Below, in pieces: positions 20,136 to 29,741 of a stretch of 42,664 nt of DNA (positions are counted from its first letter, which is position 1; each line of letters starts with the position of its first letter). The DNA lies in contig CAISWF010000044.1 of the NCBI GenBank assembly GCA_903889135.1, forward strand, positions 1 through 42,664, in the 5' to 3' direction. The notes beneath the pieces are model-generated. The model worked only from the letters and a program-made list of their open reading frames with translations, ran no database searches and was not told the DNA's origin. The DNA comes from Candidatus Omnitrophota bacterium (GTDB lineage: Bacteria > Omnitrophota > Gorgyraeia > Pluralincolimonadales > Pluralincolimonadaceae). Made by a program: the position numbers and the translations under genes.

Positions 20136-21266
20136 TCATTCCCCCCTGTTCCTGAGGCTCTCCTTGAGTTTATTCTCGATCTTCTTGCGTTCCTCTATCT
20201 CCAAATGTAACTGTTTATTTATAAGGTCCACGCATGTCTTTGACACGGAAAGTTCCGTGTTCTTTTTCTCGGACCTGTAAAATATGACCAGTGCGATTGT
20301 CAAAACGATGACGACGAATATTCCCGAGACCAGATTATCGCGGGCGTTCCTGTTGATGGGCCCTATTATCGAGCTGTAGTCCATGGCGACCGCGATAGAC
20401 CATATCTCGCTGCCTACCCTGATCGGCGTATACGAGACCAGCATATCCGCGCTATTGCTGTTGCCTTGGTCCAGCAGATACTTGATGACCGCGGTGCCCG
20501 ATCTCCCCCCGTTCATCTGATTTATGATCTCTTTCATCTTTAAGAACTCGGGATGCGACGGATTTTTCCCTAACAGATCTATGGCGTTTTTACCTATATT
20601 TTCCTTGTCCGAAGAGCTCAATATATTCGAGTCGTCGTCTATAACGACCGCGGATACCTTTTCCCGGCTGTTGATGTGTTCGATGAGCCTGTTTATCCTC
20701 TCCACGAGGACCAAAGCGCGGACTATTCCCACGAATTTCTTCCCGTCAAAAACCGGGTGCAGGTTGGATATTACCTTCCTTCCCGAAACGCTCTCGAATA
20801 CGCCGCTCGTGAATGTCTTATGCCCGGCGAGCATGAGGCTGATATCCGGCGCCTTCGAGAGGTCCATTCCTATGTAAGGGGCATTAAACGGCACGAGATC
20901 CACGATAACGCCTTTATCATCTGTCAGGGATAAGGAATCAGCCAGCCTTTCGATCTCTTTAAATGAATTTCCGAGAAGGTCCGTATTTTTTTTCTCTGTT
21001 CCGCCTCTATCCGCCATCGCATTAAGCAGGCGCGGGTCCGAACAAAGTTCGGAAAGCTCACCGTCGACATCGCCGATATATTTTTCTATGCTCTGGGCCT
21101 CGGAGCGGGCGATTATAGTCAGCTGGTTCTGAGCCTGCCTGACCATCGCGTTCTCGAAGTGATTATGGTTCTGCCAGGCGAGATACCAGATCGTGGCCAA
21201 AACGGCGGCGACTACCAGGAAGAACGGCGCCTTTCTGAAAATATTCCTGATCTTTCTGGAAAACAT
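20136..21266 (-). CDS. Cache-domain membrane sensor with no cytoplasmic output domain
   Basis: TM, dCache-like extracytoplasmic region (...VSYTPIRVGSEIWSIAVAM), TM, then a short coiled coil (INKQLHLEIEERKKIE) and stop. Confidence 0.82.
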   Translation of the reverse strand: MFSRKIRNIFRKAPFFLVVAAVLATIWYLAWQNHNHFENAMVRQAQNQLTIIARSEAQSIEKYIGDVDGELSELCSDPRLLNAMADRGGTEKKNTDLLGNSFKEIERLADSLSLTDDKGVIVDLVPFNAPYIGMDLSKAPDISLMLAGHKTFTSGVFESVSGRKVISNLHPVFDGKKFVGIVRALVLVERINRLIEHINSREKVSAVVIDDDSNILSSSDKENIGKNAIDLLGKNPSHPEFLKMKEIINQMNGGRSGTAVIKYLLDQGNSNSADMLVSYTPIRVGSEIWSIAVAMDYSSIIGPINRNARDNLVSGIFVVIVLTIALVIFYRSEKKNTELSVSKTCVDLINKQLHLEIEERKKIENKLKESLRNRGE

Positions 21267-21279
21267 CCGATACCTTTCT

Positions 21280-22233
21280 TTATTGCGTATCCGCGCTACC
21301 TACGAGGCTCTCGTAAAATTCTTTGTAATCCTCTTTTTTATCGCTGTCGCGCAGGGCCATCGCGGCGCGGGGGTGCTCGTCAAGGATGCCTGTTATCGCG
21401 TACGGTATGATGTAGCCCCACTCCATCTTCTCCCTTAAAGGTATGAATTCTTTCGATATGAGGTCGAGCACCGGGCGTATATCGAATTTCGGGTTCTTAA
21501 GGAACCCGAGTATGAGTTCGAGCGGGCAGTTGCCGGCGGCCCTTCCCAGGCCGTAGACTGTCCCGTCTACATAATTCGCGTTGTGGATTATCGCTTCTAT
21601 CGTGTTGCCGAAGGCGAGTTGCTGGTTGTTGTGGGCGTGTATTCCTATCTCCTTGCTCTTTATTATGCTTTTGGCCTTCTTTACGAGGAGTTCGGTAGTC
21701 TCCTGGTACAGCGCACCGTTGCTGTCAACGATATAGACCACGCCGGCCTTGCACTCCTCCTCAAGCTGGTGGAAAGCCTCGGTAAGCTCGGCCTCAGGCG
21801 CCCTTGATATGGCCATTATATTGACCGTGGTCTCGTAACCCTTATCCGCGAACTGGTTGACTAGGAATATGGCTTTATCTATATCTTTTACATAGCAAGC
21901 CACCCTGATCATGGAGACCGGGCTTTCCTTGCGCGGCTTCACGTCCTCTACATCGACGCGGTCGACGTCGACCATGACCGAGATCTTCGTCTGCGATTCG
22001 ATCCCGTCGATGACCTTTTTTATCTCATCATCATCGCAGAACTTCCACCTGCCGTATTCTTTATCCGAGAAGAGCTTCTTCGAGTTCTTATATCCTATCT
22101 CCATGTAATCTATCTTGGCTTCCGAGAGCGCCTTATAAACCGCGCGGACGAACTTAAAATCGAAGTCGTGCTTATTTATGAGGCCCCCATCCCTTATCGT
22201 GCAGTCCAACACCTTTATTTTTTCCCTGAACAC
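21280..22233 (-). CDS. DRE-TIM metallolyase/aldolase (4-hydroxy-2-oxovalerate aldolase/HMGL-like)
   Basis: LDCTIRDGG, YIVDSNG, GIHAHNN, GLGRAAGNC; GTG start after AGGAGG. Confidence 0.88.
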   Translation of the reverse strand: MFREKIKVLDCTIRDGGLINKHDFDFKFVRAVYKALSEAKIDYMEIGYKNSKKLFSDKEYGRWKFCDDDEIKKVIDGIESQTKISVMVDVDRVDVEDVKPRKESPVSMIRVACYVKDIDKAIFLVNQFADKGYETTVNIMAISRAPEAELTEAFHQLEEECKAGVVYIVDSNGALYQETTELLVKKAKSIIKSKEIGIHAHNNQQLAFGNTIEAIIHNANYVDGTVYGLGRAAGNCPLELILGFLKNPKFDIRPVLDLISKEFIPLREKMEWGYIIPYAITGILDEHPRAAMALRDSDKKEDYKEFYESLVGSADTQ

Positions 22234-22313
22234 TTAACGTTCCCTCCTTGAATTGGCTGAATGACCTGCTTATGCGGCAACTTGTATATTATATAACAAT
22301 TTCCCCTGCCGGG

Positions 22314-24107
22314 CTACTTCTTCTGTTTTTGCTCTCTAGGTATCACCGGCAGGATGACCCGGGAAGGATATTTGATGCCGCAATGAATATTTATAGCCGC
22401 CTTGCGCGTTTCGGCGCTCACGCTCTCGAGTTTGCCGGTCTGGAGGTTGCGCGAATATATGGGATACCAACTCGACATTATACATACCCTTATCCGGTGG
22501 CCTTTCAGGAAAGTATTGCCGGTCATCATGTTATCCAGCGTAAGCTTTACGACCTCCCCCTGTTTAAGCAGTTTTCTCTCCGGCAAACGGTCCCGGTAAC
22601 TGACGCGCAGCGCTTCCATGCCGGGGCTCATGAGGTTGAATGCGGTGCCGTCCGGCGCGACGTCGAGGAGCTTCACGAATATATCGCAATCCGGCGCGTC
22701 GCTTGAGAGATATACCTCGGCTTTTATATTTCCCGCGACTTCCAGGTCCTGCGTCAAGGGCTCGCTGTCAAAAGTGAGCACATCTTTCCTGCCGCTTATT
22801 TTCCGCAGGTCGTAAGCCCCGAAATTAGTCGCGAATTCATCTCTGACCGGGTCCGTCGGGTCGGCTATATAAGAACTCACCGCAACCGTCTTTACGGGCT
22901 CACCCGTTAATGTCCCCTGTTTTGTCTTATTACCGGACGGGGCCATATACATGGGGAACTCGACGGCTTCTTTAAGAGGCCAACTATCCGATTCGATCCA
23001 GCGATTATCGCCCATCACGAATATGGTCGCCGGTCTCAAGACCGAGATCCCGTTATCCGAGCCTTTTACATAACGGTCAAGCCAGTCCAATACCAATTTG
23101 TCATAATCCAACCCCGCGTTGGCGCTGAACTTGCGGTCGCCGGAAACGGATTTTTTCGTGCTGTCTACGCCGTGGCACCAGGGGCCGATTATGATCCTTG
23201 TCCGGGGGTCGGCCTGCCCTCTCCTGGCATCCAGCAGCCCGAGGTAATTTGCCGTGGCCCCTCCGGGCCCGTACGGCTCATCGTACCATCCGGAAATATT
23301 GAGCACCGCGGCGCGCACATTCCCGTATTTCGCGCCCAGGTCACCGTAGTCCCAGTATTTTTCATAAGGCCCATGACGGATCCAGTCGTAATAATACGGG
23401 GCGGTGTCTTTAAGGTACGGCATCTCGAGCGTCGGCAGGTAGCCCCGCAATTCCTTATCGCCTATCCTGTCATACTCTTTAACGGATTCATCGCAGTTGC
23501 GCGGCCCTTTCAGGTCCAGCCTTACGCGGGCGTCCGGCGACATCCATTTATACGCCCAGCCGATCCAATCCATCTCAAAGATCCCGCCAAAATAGACGCA
23601 TTGTCTCAACGTGGAGAAACACATGGCCGGAACCATGGCTTTTAAATGCGGGGGGTTCTCTGCTGCGGCGAGCCACTGCACTGCGCCGGGATATGAAAGC
23701 CCGAACGTCCCCACCGCGCCGTTCGACCAGGGCTGAAGGGCAGCCCACTCTATCGTATCGTAGCCGTCCTTGCCTTCGTTGAAGTAAGGGGTGAATTCCC
23801 CTTCTGAAGAGTAACGGCCTCTCACGTCCTGTATTACTACCGCGTATCCGCGCTTTACGGCATTTAAAAAAGTACTTTCGTTATCGGCGTCGCCCTCGTC
23901 TTTGCTATATGGGGTACGGAATACAAGGGCGGGAAACTTACCTTCTTTCGAGGGACGGTATATATTTGCTTTCAGTTTAACGCCGTCGCGCATCCGGACG
24001 ACGACGTCCTTTTCCTTATAAAATTCAAATTTTCCTGTTTCGCAACGGCCTGCCGCCGAAACAAAAAATAAAAATATTACGGCTGCGGCTATTTTATATA
24101 TTCGCAT
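22314..24107 (-). CDS. Exported CocE/NonD family serine hydrolase (peptidase S15-like)
   Basis: Signal peptide; MRDGVKL, RTPY, QDVRGRYSSEG, GLSYPG nucleophile elbow, GWYD, GPWCH. Confidence 0.93.
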   Translation of the reverse strand: MRIYKIAAAVIFLFFVSAAGRCETGKFEFYKEKDVVVRMRDGVKLKANIYRPSKEGKFPALVFRTPYSKDEGDADNESTFLNAVKRGYAVVIQDVRGRYSSEGEFTPYFNEGKDGYDTIEWAALQPWSNGAVGTFGLSYPGAVQWLAAAENPPHLKAMVPAMCFSTLRQCVYFGGIFEMDWIGWAYKWMSPDARVRLDLKGPRNCDESVKEYDRIGDKELRGYLPTLEMPYLKDTAPYYYDWIRHGPYEKYWDYGDLGAKYGNVRAAVLNISGWYDEPYGPGGATANYLGLLDARRGQADPRTRIIIGPWCHGVDSTKKSVSGDRKFSANAGLDYDKLVLDWLDRYVKGSDNGISVLRPATIFVMGDNRWIESDSWPLKEAVEFPMYMAPSGNKTKQGTLTGEPVKTVAVSSYIADPTDPVRDEFATNFGAYDLRKISGRKDVLTFDSEPLTQDLEVAGNIKAEVYLSSDAPDCDIFVKLLDVAPDGTAFNLMSPGMEALRVSYRDRLPERKLLKQGEVVKLTLDNMMTGNTFLKGHRIRVCIMSSWYPIYSRNLQTGKLESVSAETRKAAINIHCGIKYPSRVILPVIPREQKQKK

Positions 24108-25503
24108 TTCCCCGGCCCAAAACCCTTAAAAAAGCTTCCACGATCCTGGGGTTGAACTGCGTGCCGCTGTTCCTCTTCAATTCCTCCGCAGCCGCCTCTT
24201 TGGTCAGCGGGCCCCTGTACGCGCGGGTTGTGGTCATGGCATCATAAGCATCCGCGACCGAAACGATCTGGACCAGGGTATTGATCTCATCGCCTTTAAG
24301 CCCGTCCGGATAACCTGTCCCGTCGTACCGTTCGTGATGCGACCTGACGATCGAAAGCATCCGCTTATCAAGGAATACCGGCCCGAGTATTTCCTCTCCC
24401 ATGACCGGATGCTCCTTGACCGTCCGCCATTCCTCATCGGTCAGTTTTTCCACCTTGTTCAATACCCTCTCATCTATGCCCAGCTTCCCTATATCATGGA
24501 GCTCAGTCACCTTTTTCAGCATGTCGGCTTCTTTTTCGGAGACCCCCATCTCGATGGCAAGTGTGCGCGCGTACTCGGAAACCCTGTCCGAATGTCCGCT
24601 CGTGTAACTGTCTTTTGCTTCAAGGCCTCGCACCAGCGATTGGACGATGCGGTAGAAATAATCCTGGAGGGCCTCTTTTGACGCGACGAGGCTTTCGGCC
24701 ATTTTATTAAAGGACTCTCCCAACCGGCCTATCTCATCCCTTTCCTTCATATGCACCCTGTAATTGAGGTCACCCGAGGCGAAATGCCTGGTCGCTTCCT
24801 CGAGCTTCTTGATCGGATCGGTCGCCCGCTTTGAGACCAAAACCCCCAGGGCTATGGAGATAAGCATACCCACGCCCAATACTAAAATAGCGCGCCGTAA
24901 GAGTTCCTTTTGTATTCCATAGACGTCCTGCGCGCTGATATCTATGCCGAGTATGGCTACCGTCTTGCCATCTTTGCCGCGGACCGGCGCGTAACCCGAC
25001 AGAGTGGCGCCCCATTCATCTACCATAAGTTTTTTGTCTACGGAAGGGCTTGCTAACGCCTTTAACATCTCGGGGAACCTGGAGGCGTCATATTTATCGC
25101 CCGGATACGAGGTGGCCCCGGATTCCCCCATGCTCTGGGCCCTGGGCTCGGGATCAACTATGAATTGCCATATGCCATTGTCGGTCCGGCCCATGGTATA
25201 TATGAAAAGTATTTTGGGGTTCGATTTTTTGATCAGCGATAATTTTTCGGCGATGGCGTTATACTGTAAACTTTTTGCGCCGGCGCGGCTGAGGGGGACC
25301 TGCATCAGGGTTTCCGGATCGACGGATAGGGCAGCGGTCTGGGCGACCATCTTGAGTTGTTCCCTGAACTGCTCGAATTGCGCGTTATAACTGAACTGGT
25401 ATATGAGGAGACTGCTGATCGCGGCCACCAAAAACAGCGAAAGGACGAGGGCCACCGTGATTTTGGAGCGGAAGCTCCCGAAAAAAAACTGGCTATTTTC
25501 CAT
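24094..25503 (-). CDS. Membrane HAMP plus HD-GYP cyclic-dinucleotide phosphodiesterase
   Basis: Two TMs around a Cache-like domain, HAMP (DEIGRLGESFNKM), HSDRV, LHDIGK, HHERYDGTGYP, ADAYDAM. Confidence 0.93.
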   Translation of the reverse strand: MENSQFFFGSFRSKITVALVLSLFLVAAISSLLIYQFSYNAQFEQFREQLKMVAQTAALSVDPETLMQVPLSRAGAKSLQYNAIAEKLSLIKKSNPKILFIYTMGRTDNGIWQFIVDPEPRAQSMGESGATSYPGDKYDASRFPEMLKALASPSVDKKLMVDEWGATLSGYAPVRGKDGKTVAILGIDISAQDVYGIQKELLRRAILVLGVGMLISIALGVLVSKRATDPIKKLEEATRHFASGDLNYRVHMKERDEIGRLGESFNKMAESLVASKEALQDYFYRIVQSLVRGLEAKDSYTSGHSDRVSEYARTLAIEMGVSEKEADMLKKVTELHDIGKLGIDERVLNKVEKLTDEEWRTVKEHPVMGEEILGPVFLDKRMLSIVRSHHERYDGTGYPDGLKGDEINTLVQIVSVADAYDAMTTTRAYRGPLTKEAAAEELKRNSGTQFNPRIVEAFLRVLGRGNANI

Positions 25504-25537
25504 AATGTATTCTCGCCTTCCCCGGTTTTAATAGAAT

Positions 25538-25566
25538 ATTATACGCATATGCCGCGGTTATATCAA
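25538..25566 (-). promoter_or_regulatory. Sigma70-type promoter for the HD-GYP/CocE pair
   Basis: Minus strand TTGATA (25566-25561), 17 bp spacer, TATAAT (25543-25538). Confidence 0.65.
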
Positions 25567-25580
25567 GAAAACTCTGCAGG

Positions 25581-26324
25581 TCATGATAATTTTACGCGGG
25601 GATGCACCGCCGCCGAAAGCCGCCGGGCCCGGCTGATCACTTTAATGTAGCTTAGGCCCACTTTGAACAGGCGGAATTTTGACTTACCCATCCCGGCCCC
25701 CCTCTGTATCCATGATACCGGTACTTCGGCGATATTATATCCCGCCACGATCGGGAATATGCCGGTTTCGGCGTTTATCGCGAAATCATCGCTCTCCCAG
25801 GGAAGACCGCGGATTATCCCTGCCTTATAAAGTTTGAAATTATTGGTGAGGTCCTTCTGCTTTATATGGAAGAGCGCCCTGACTAAAAGATGGAACGAAC
25901 GGTTCATTATCTTCTTCATGAGCGGATAATTGACCAATCTACCGCCTTTCATATACCGCGAGCCTATCGCCCCGTCGCGCCCTTCCGATTCCGTCGCCTC
26001 GATAAGCGACCGCACCTCTTTTATATTCTCTATAAAATCCGAATCCATAGTAAGGACATAACCCGCTTTGGGGCTGACGTTCCTGAAGCCCGCCTTTAAG
26101 GCGGTCCCGGCCCCGCTCGGCTTGCCCTTCTCTATCAGCCTGACTTTGCCGTCGCGGCCCATCCGCTCCCGGACGATATCGGATGTCCTGTCAGTGCTGG
26201 AATCGCTGACCACGATGATCTCGAGAAGCTCATCGCCATAATCCCTCAGCAGGCCATCGATCATCCCGCCGATATTCTCTTCCTCATTATGGGCTATCAA
26301 AACGGCCGACAGGTTATTTTTCAC
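25581..26324 (-). CDS. Glycosyltransferase family 2 (polyprenol-phosphate glycosyltransferase/DPM synthase-like)
   Basis: IAHNEEENI, VSDSSTDRT, TMDSD, IGSRY, DLTNNFKLY; GTG at 26324 overlaps the upstream TGA. Confidence 0.9.
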   Translation of the reverse strand: MKNNLSAVLIAHNEEENIGGMIDGLLRDYGDELLEIIVVSDSSTDRTSDIVRERMGRDGKVRLIEKGKPSGAGTALKAGFRNVSPKAGYVLTMDSDFIENIKEVRSLIEATESEGRDGAIGSRYMKGGRLVNYPLMKKIMNRSFHLLVRALFHIKQKDLTNNFKLYKAGIIRGLPWESDDFAINAETGIFPIVAGYNIAEVPVSWIQRGAGMGKSKFRLFKVGLSYIKVISRARRLSAAVHPRVKLS

Positions 26325-27586
26325 CGTGAAGCCGCTTTCTTGAGCCGCGGGGTCTGCCCGATAAGGATCTTCACCATCACCGCCCACAAGGCCATCGTAG
26401 ACCATAAAATGAATGAACCGCTTTTAAGGAAAGATACTCCTGCCAGGCAAGTGGAAATGAACAAGACTGAGGAGGCCGCAAGCAAGAATATCTTATCGGC
26501 GGCCGGGGCTTCCTTACGACCGGCATAATTAAGGGCTGCGAAATAAAAAACGAACGTCCAAGCCCAGGTATAATAGATGCAATATTGCGGAAGCATAAGG
26601 GCGAGCATCAGGAAGACCGGATAAGCCAGGCCCTCTGAAGTCTCTTTCGAATTTTTCCAGGCCGCGATACACGAGAACAGAACGATCACCGCCGACAAGG
26701 CCCTGATGAGCAGGTGAATTGACACCGGAGAAACGAGATAATGGAAATTTATGGTCCCGCCCGGCGCCAACAACCTTCCGATCGCGCCCGGCAGCGACTG
26801 GTTGCTGACCCTGAGGTCGAGGTAGGTCACGTAAGAAGCCGCGGCGGAGAACGGCTTGATGGCGCGATCGAACCATTGCTGCAGCAGATAGTTATTGAAC
26901 CCGACGCCGAATACCGCGGAAGGGACGAGGAAAAAAACGATGAAAACACCCGCGATGAAACTGAAGATGTATCTCCCTTTGCTTTTAATTATGAAATACA
27001 GGATAAAGACCAGTAACGGGCTGTATACGGTCAAAGCAAGGCAAAAATAGACGGCCGAAAAGAACATCTTTTTTTCCTTGAACAATAAAAGGGCTGCCAA
27101 CAGGAAAAGCAGGGCGATGAGTTTGTTCTGGCTGTTCGACAATTCATACAACAGGAAAGGTAACGCCAACATCAGGCTTATCTTCAGATTCCGCAGCCCC
27201 TCCTCTTTGGTCGGCGACGGGATAAGCCTGAGCAACATCAACCCGCTGAGAGCGACCGCAATGAGTTCGGCCAGGTACCAGGCGAATATGGAAGGCAGCA
27301 TGTCTTTGAAGTCAAGGGGATCTCCATAAAAGAGGGGCTCGATCTTCTTGCTCATCAGCATAAAAGGATATTGGATTATAGCCATTCCCGGGGCGTAACG
27401 GAAAAGCGGGCGGTTCGTGTCGGAGATATTTTCATACGGCGACTTCCCGTGCAACACCTGATCCACGCCGTATAGCCCCACCTTCAAGTCCCTGCCGCCT
27501 CTTAGGGAAAGGGAGTAGCCCGTCGCTATCACGGCGATGGAAACAACCGACCAGAAAATATAGTTAAAGATCGCGGACTTTCTCAT
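26321..27586 (-). CDS. GT-C fold membrane glycosyltransferase (GT87/DUF2029-like)
   Basis: Many TM helices; G.SPY, FRYAP, NSQ, SNQSL motifs typical of GT87-like proteins. Confidence 0.75.
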   Translation of the reverse strand: MRKSAIFNYIFWSVVSIAVIATGYSLSLRGGRDLKVGLYGVDQVLHGKSPYENISDTNRPLFRYAPGMAIIQYPFMLMSKKIEPLFYGDPLDFKDMLPSIFAWYLAELIAVALSGLMLLRLIPSPTKEEGLRNLKISLMLALPFLLYELSNSQNKLIALLFLLAALLLFKEKKMFFSAVYFCLALTVYSPLLVFILYFIIKSKGRYIFSFIAGVFIVFFLVPSAVFGVGFNNYLLQQWFDRAIKPFSAAASYVTYLDLRVSNQSLPGAIGRLLAPGGTINFHYLVSPVSIHLLIRALSAVIVLFSCIAAWKNSKETSEGLAYPVFLMLALMLPQYCIYYTWAWTFVFYFAALNYAGRKEAPAADKIFLLAASSVLFISTCLAGVSFLKSGSFILWSTMALWAVMVKILIGQTPRLKKAASR

Positions 27587-28647
27587 TTATCTCCGGCAAA
27601 TTCTTTCTGCTGCGTGAATATATCCTGGATGAGGCCGCGGGCATCGTAGGAGATCTTCCAGCCGGGATAATGCGACTTGAATTTAGAGAGGCTGGATATC
27701 CACCATATGTGGTCCCCTATCCTGTTGCGATCAACATATTCATGGGACATATTTCTGCCGGAGACCGCCTCGCAAATACCTATCGCCTCAAGGACCGAGA
27801 CGCTGGCGGACCTGCCCCCGCCCATGTTATAGACCTCTCCCGAGCGGGGCTTGAGATAGAACTGGTAGAAGGCCTCGACCAGGTCGCGGGAATGGATGTT
27901 ATCACGGACCTGTTTGCCTTTATAGCCGAATATTGTGTATTTCTTTCCCGAGATGCAGCATTTCACCAGGTACGATAAGAAGCCGTGAAGCTCGGCCCCG
28001 GAATGATAGGGACCCGTTATACAGCCGCACCTGAACGCCGCGGTCTTGAGGCCGAAATACTTGCCGTATTCCTGGACTAGTATATCGGCGGCGGCCTTTG
28101 AGGCGCCGAAGAGGCTGTGGAGGCAGTTATCGATGCTGAATGATTCGTCTATACCGCCGTAAAACGTGTGGCTCTCAGGCAGTTCAAACCTCTTATCAAG
28201 CTCTACCAGGGGAAGCCTGTTGGGATTGTCGCCGTAGACCTTGTTCGTCGAAAGGAATATGAAGACCGCGCCGGGAGCACGCGCCCTGAAATTTTCCAGC
28301 AGGATCTGCGTCCCGCCGGCATTAATATCGAAATCCGTGGAAGGTTCCTTCGCCGCCCAGTCATGCGAGGGCTGGGCCGCGGCGTGGATTATCAGGTCGA
28401 AATTATATTTTGTAAAAAGGCTTTCGACAGCGGCTTTATCCCGTATATCGAAGTCATAATGGACATAACCGGGGGCAGTCTTGAGGAGCAGGGCCTTGTT
28501 CCATTCCACGGAGGCCGCGTCGCCGAAGAAGTTTTTCCTCATATTGTTGTCGACGCCAATGACGCCGAAACCCTTTTGAGAAAAAAACCTGACGCATTCC
28601 GAACCTACCAGGCCGGCCGAGCCGGTCACCAGGGCTAGTTTCTTCAT
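27583..28647 (-). CDS. NAD-dependent epimerase/dehydratase (CDP-paratose 2-epimerase-like)
   Basis: [47 protein letters not shown]. Confidence 0.9.
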   Translation of the reverse strand: MKKLALVTGSAGLVGSECVRFFSQKGFGVIGVDNNMRKNFFGDAASVEWNKALLLKTAPGYVHYDFDIRDKAAVESLFTKYNFDLIIHAAAQPSHDWAAKEPSTDFDINAGGTQILLENFRARAPGAVFIFLSTNKVYGDNPNRLPLVELDKRFELPESHTFYGGIDESFSIDNCLHSLFGASKAAADILVQEYGKYFGLKTAAFRCGCITGPYHSGAELHGFLSYLVKCCISGKKYTIFGYKGKQVRDNIHSRDLVEAFYQFYLKPRSGEVYNMGGGRSASVSVLEAIGICEAVSGRNMSHEYVDRNRIGDHIWWISSLSKFKSHYPGWKISYDARGLIQDIFTQQKEFAGDK

Positions 28648-28654
28648 GCGTCAT

Positions 28655-28663
28655 ATTATATCA
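28655..28663 (-). promoter_or_regulatory. Extended -10 promoter, probably giving a leaderless transcript
   Basis: Minus strand TGaTATAAT ends 7 nt before ATG 28647; no Shine-Dalgarno sequence. Confidence 0.5.
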
Positions 28664-28679
28664 GAATTTCAGAAATACG

Positions 28680-28868
28680 CTATTCTGTTATTACGATCGC
28701 CGCTACAGGACATTCCTCCGCGGCCTGCTTGCAGGCGGCCTCGGCCGCCTTAGGCGCGATGGCAACATAAACCACCGCCTTCTCGCCTTCCATCCTGTAG
28801 ACTTCCGGACAAGTCTGTACGCAGAGCGTGCAGCCTATGCAGATAGCGGGATCAATTTTAGCTTTCAT
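28680..28868 (-). CDS. Small single-cluster ferredoxin
   Basis: 62 aa; CIGCTLCVQTCP...C...EECPVAAI. Confidence 0.92.
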   Translation of the reverse strand: MKAKIDPAICIGCTLCVQTCPEVYRMEGEKAVVYVAIAPKAAEAACKQAAEECPVAAIVITE

Positions 28869-29740
28869 CAGTCATTCTCCTCAAGACTATTAATATGCCC
28901 GGCCATTATAAAATCATTTTCGGTCAGTCCGCCGGCGGCGTGGGTAGTAAGCGTTACTTTCAGTTTGTTATAGGCCAACGTCATGCTTGGATGGTGGCCC
29001 TCCTCTTCGGCGATGACGCTTATAAGGTCGAGGAAATATTTCGCTTCGATAAAATCCTTGAAGATAAACTCCTTCACGATCTTCTTCTCCTCGACCAGCT
29101 GCCACCCCTTATACGCGGCTGCTAATTTATCCGCTTTTTCTCTCGGCAGCGGAGGGGTGCCTCCCCCGCACGGTTTGCAGTGCGCCGGCAAACCTTCACC
29201 TAGCATCACCCCGTCACCGGACGGGGTACTTTTTAAAATCAAATCTAGCTCAGTCAGGGCCGCTCGATAATCCGGAGGCGTGGCCAATTCCGGCACTATT
29301 TGCAAGTATCTTACGGTATCGTTTTTATCTACTATGATCACGGCCCTGGCTAAAAGGCCCAGCTCTTTTATCAAAAGCCCGTAATTTATACCGAAAGAGG
29401 AGCTCTTATAGTCCGACAATACCGTTATATCCTTTATGTCGAAGGATTCGCAGAACCTCTTCTGCGCGAAAGGCAGGTCCTTGCTTACCCCTATAATGAC
29501 CGCGTCTCCGGAAAGTCCGGCGGCCCGTTTGTTAAATTCCTTTACCTGCAGGTCGCAGACCGGCGTATCTAGCGAAGGGAAAGAGGTTATCACTTTTACT
29601 TTCCCCTTAAAATCACCCAACCTGGCTTCTTTCATGTCGCCCGAAATAAGCCTGAAATCCGGCGCCTCAACGCCGGTCTTCAAGACCCTTCCGACCAGGG
29701 TCACCGGGCTTCCTTTAAAGGTCACGGTTCTGGTAGCCAT
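28868..29740 (-). CDS. tpx: Thiol peroxidase (Tpx) fused to pterin-4a-carbinolamine dehydratase (PCD)
   Basis: PSLDTPVC and SKDLPFAQKRFC (Tpx); then CKPC...W...F.FKDF...AEEEGHHP...LTTHAAGGLTENDFIMA (PCD). Likely start ATG 29740. Confidence 0.9.
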   Translation of the reverse strand: MATRTVTFKGSPVTLVGRVLKTGVEAPDFRLISGDMKEARLGDFKGKVKVITSFPSLDTPVCDLQVKEFNKRAAGLSGDAVIIGVSKDLPFAQKRFCESFDIKDITVLSDYKSSSFGINYGLLIKELGLLARAVIIVDKNDTVRYLQIVPELATPPDYRAALTELDLILKSTPSGDGVMLGEGLPAHCKPCGGGTPPLPREKADKLAAAYKGWQLVEEKKIVKEFIFKDFIEAKYFLDLISVIAEEEGHHPSMTLAYNKLKVTLTTHAAGGLTENDFIMAGHINSLEEND

Positions 29741-29741
29741 C

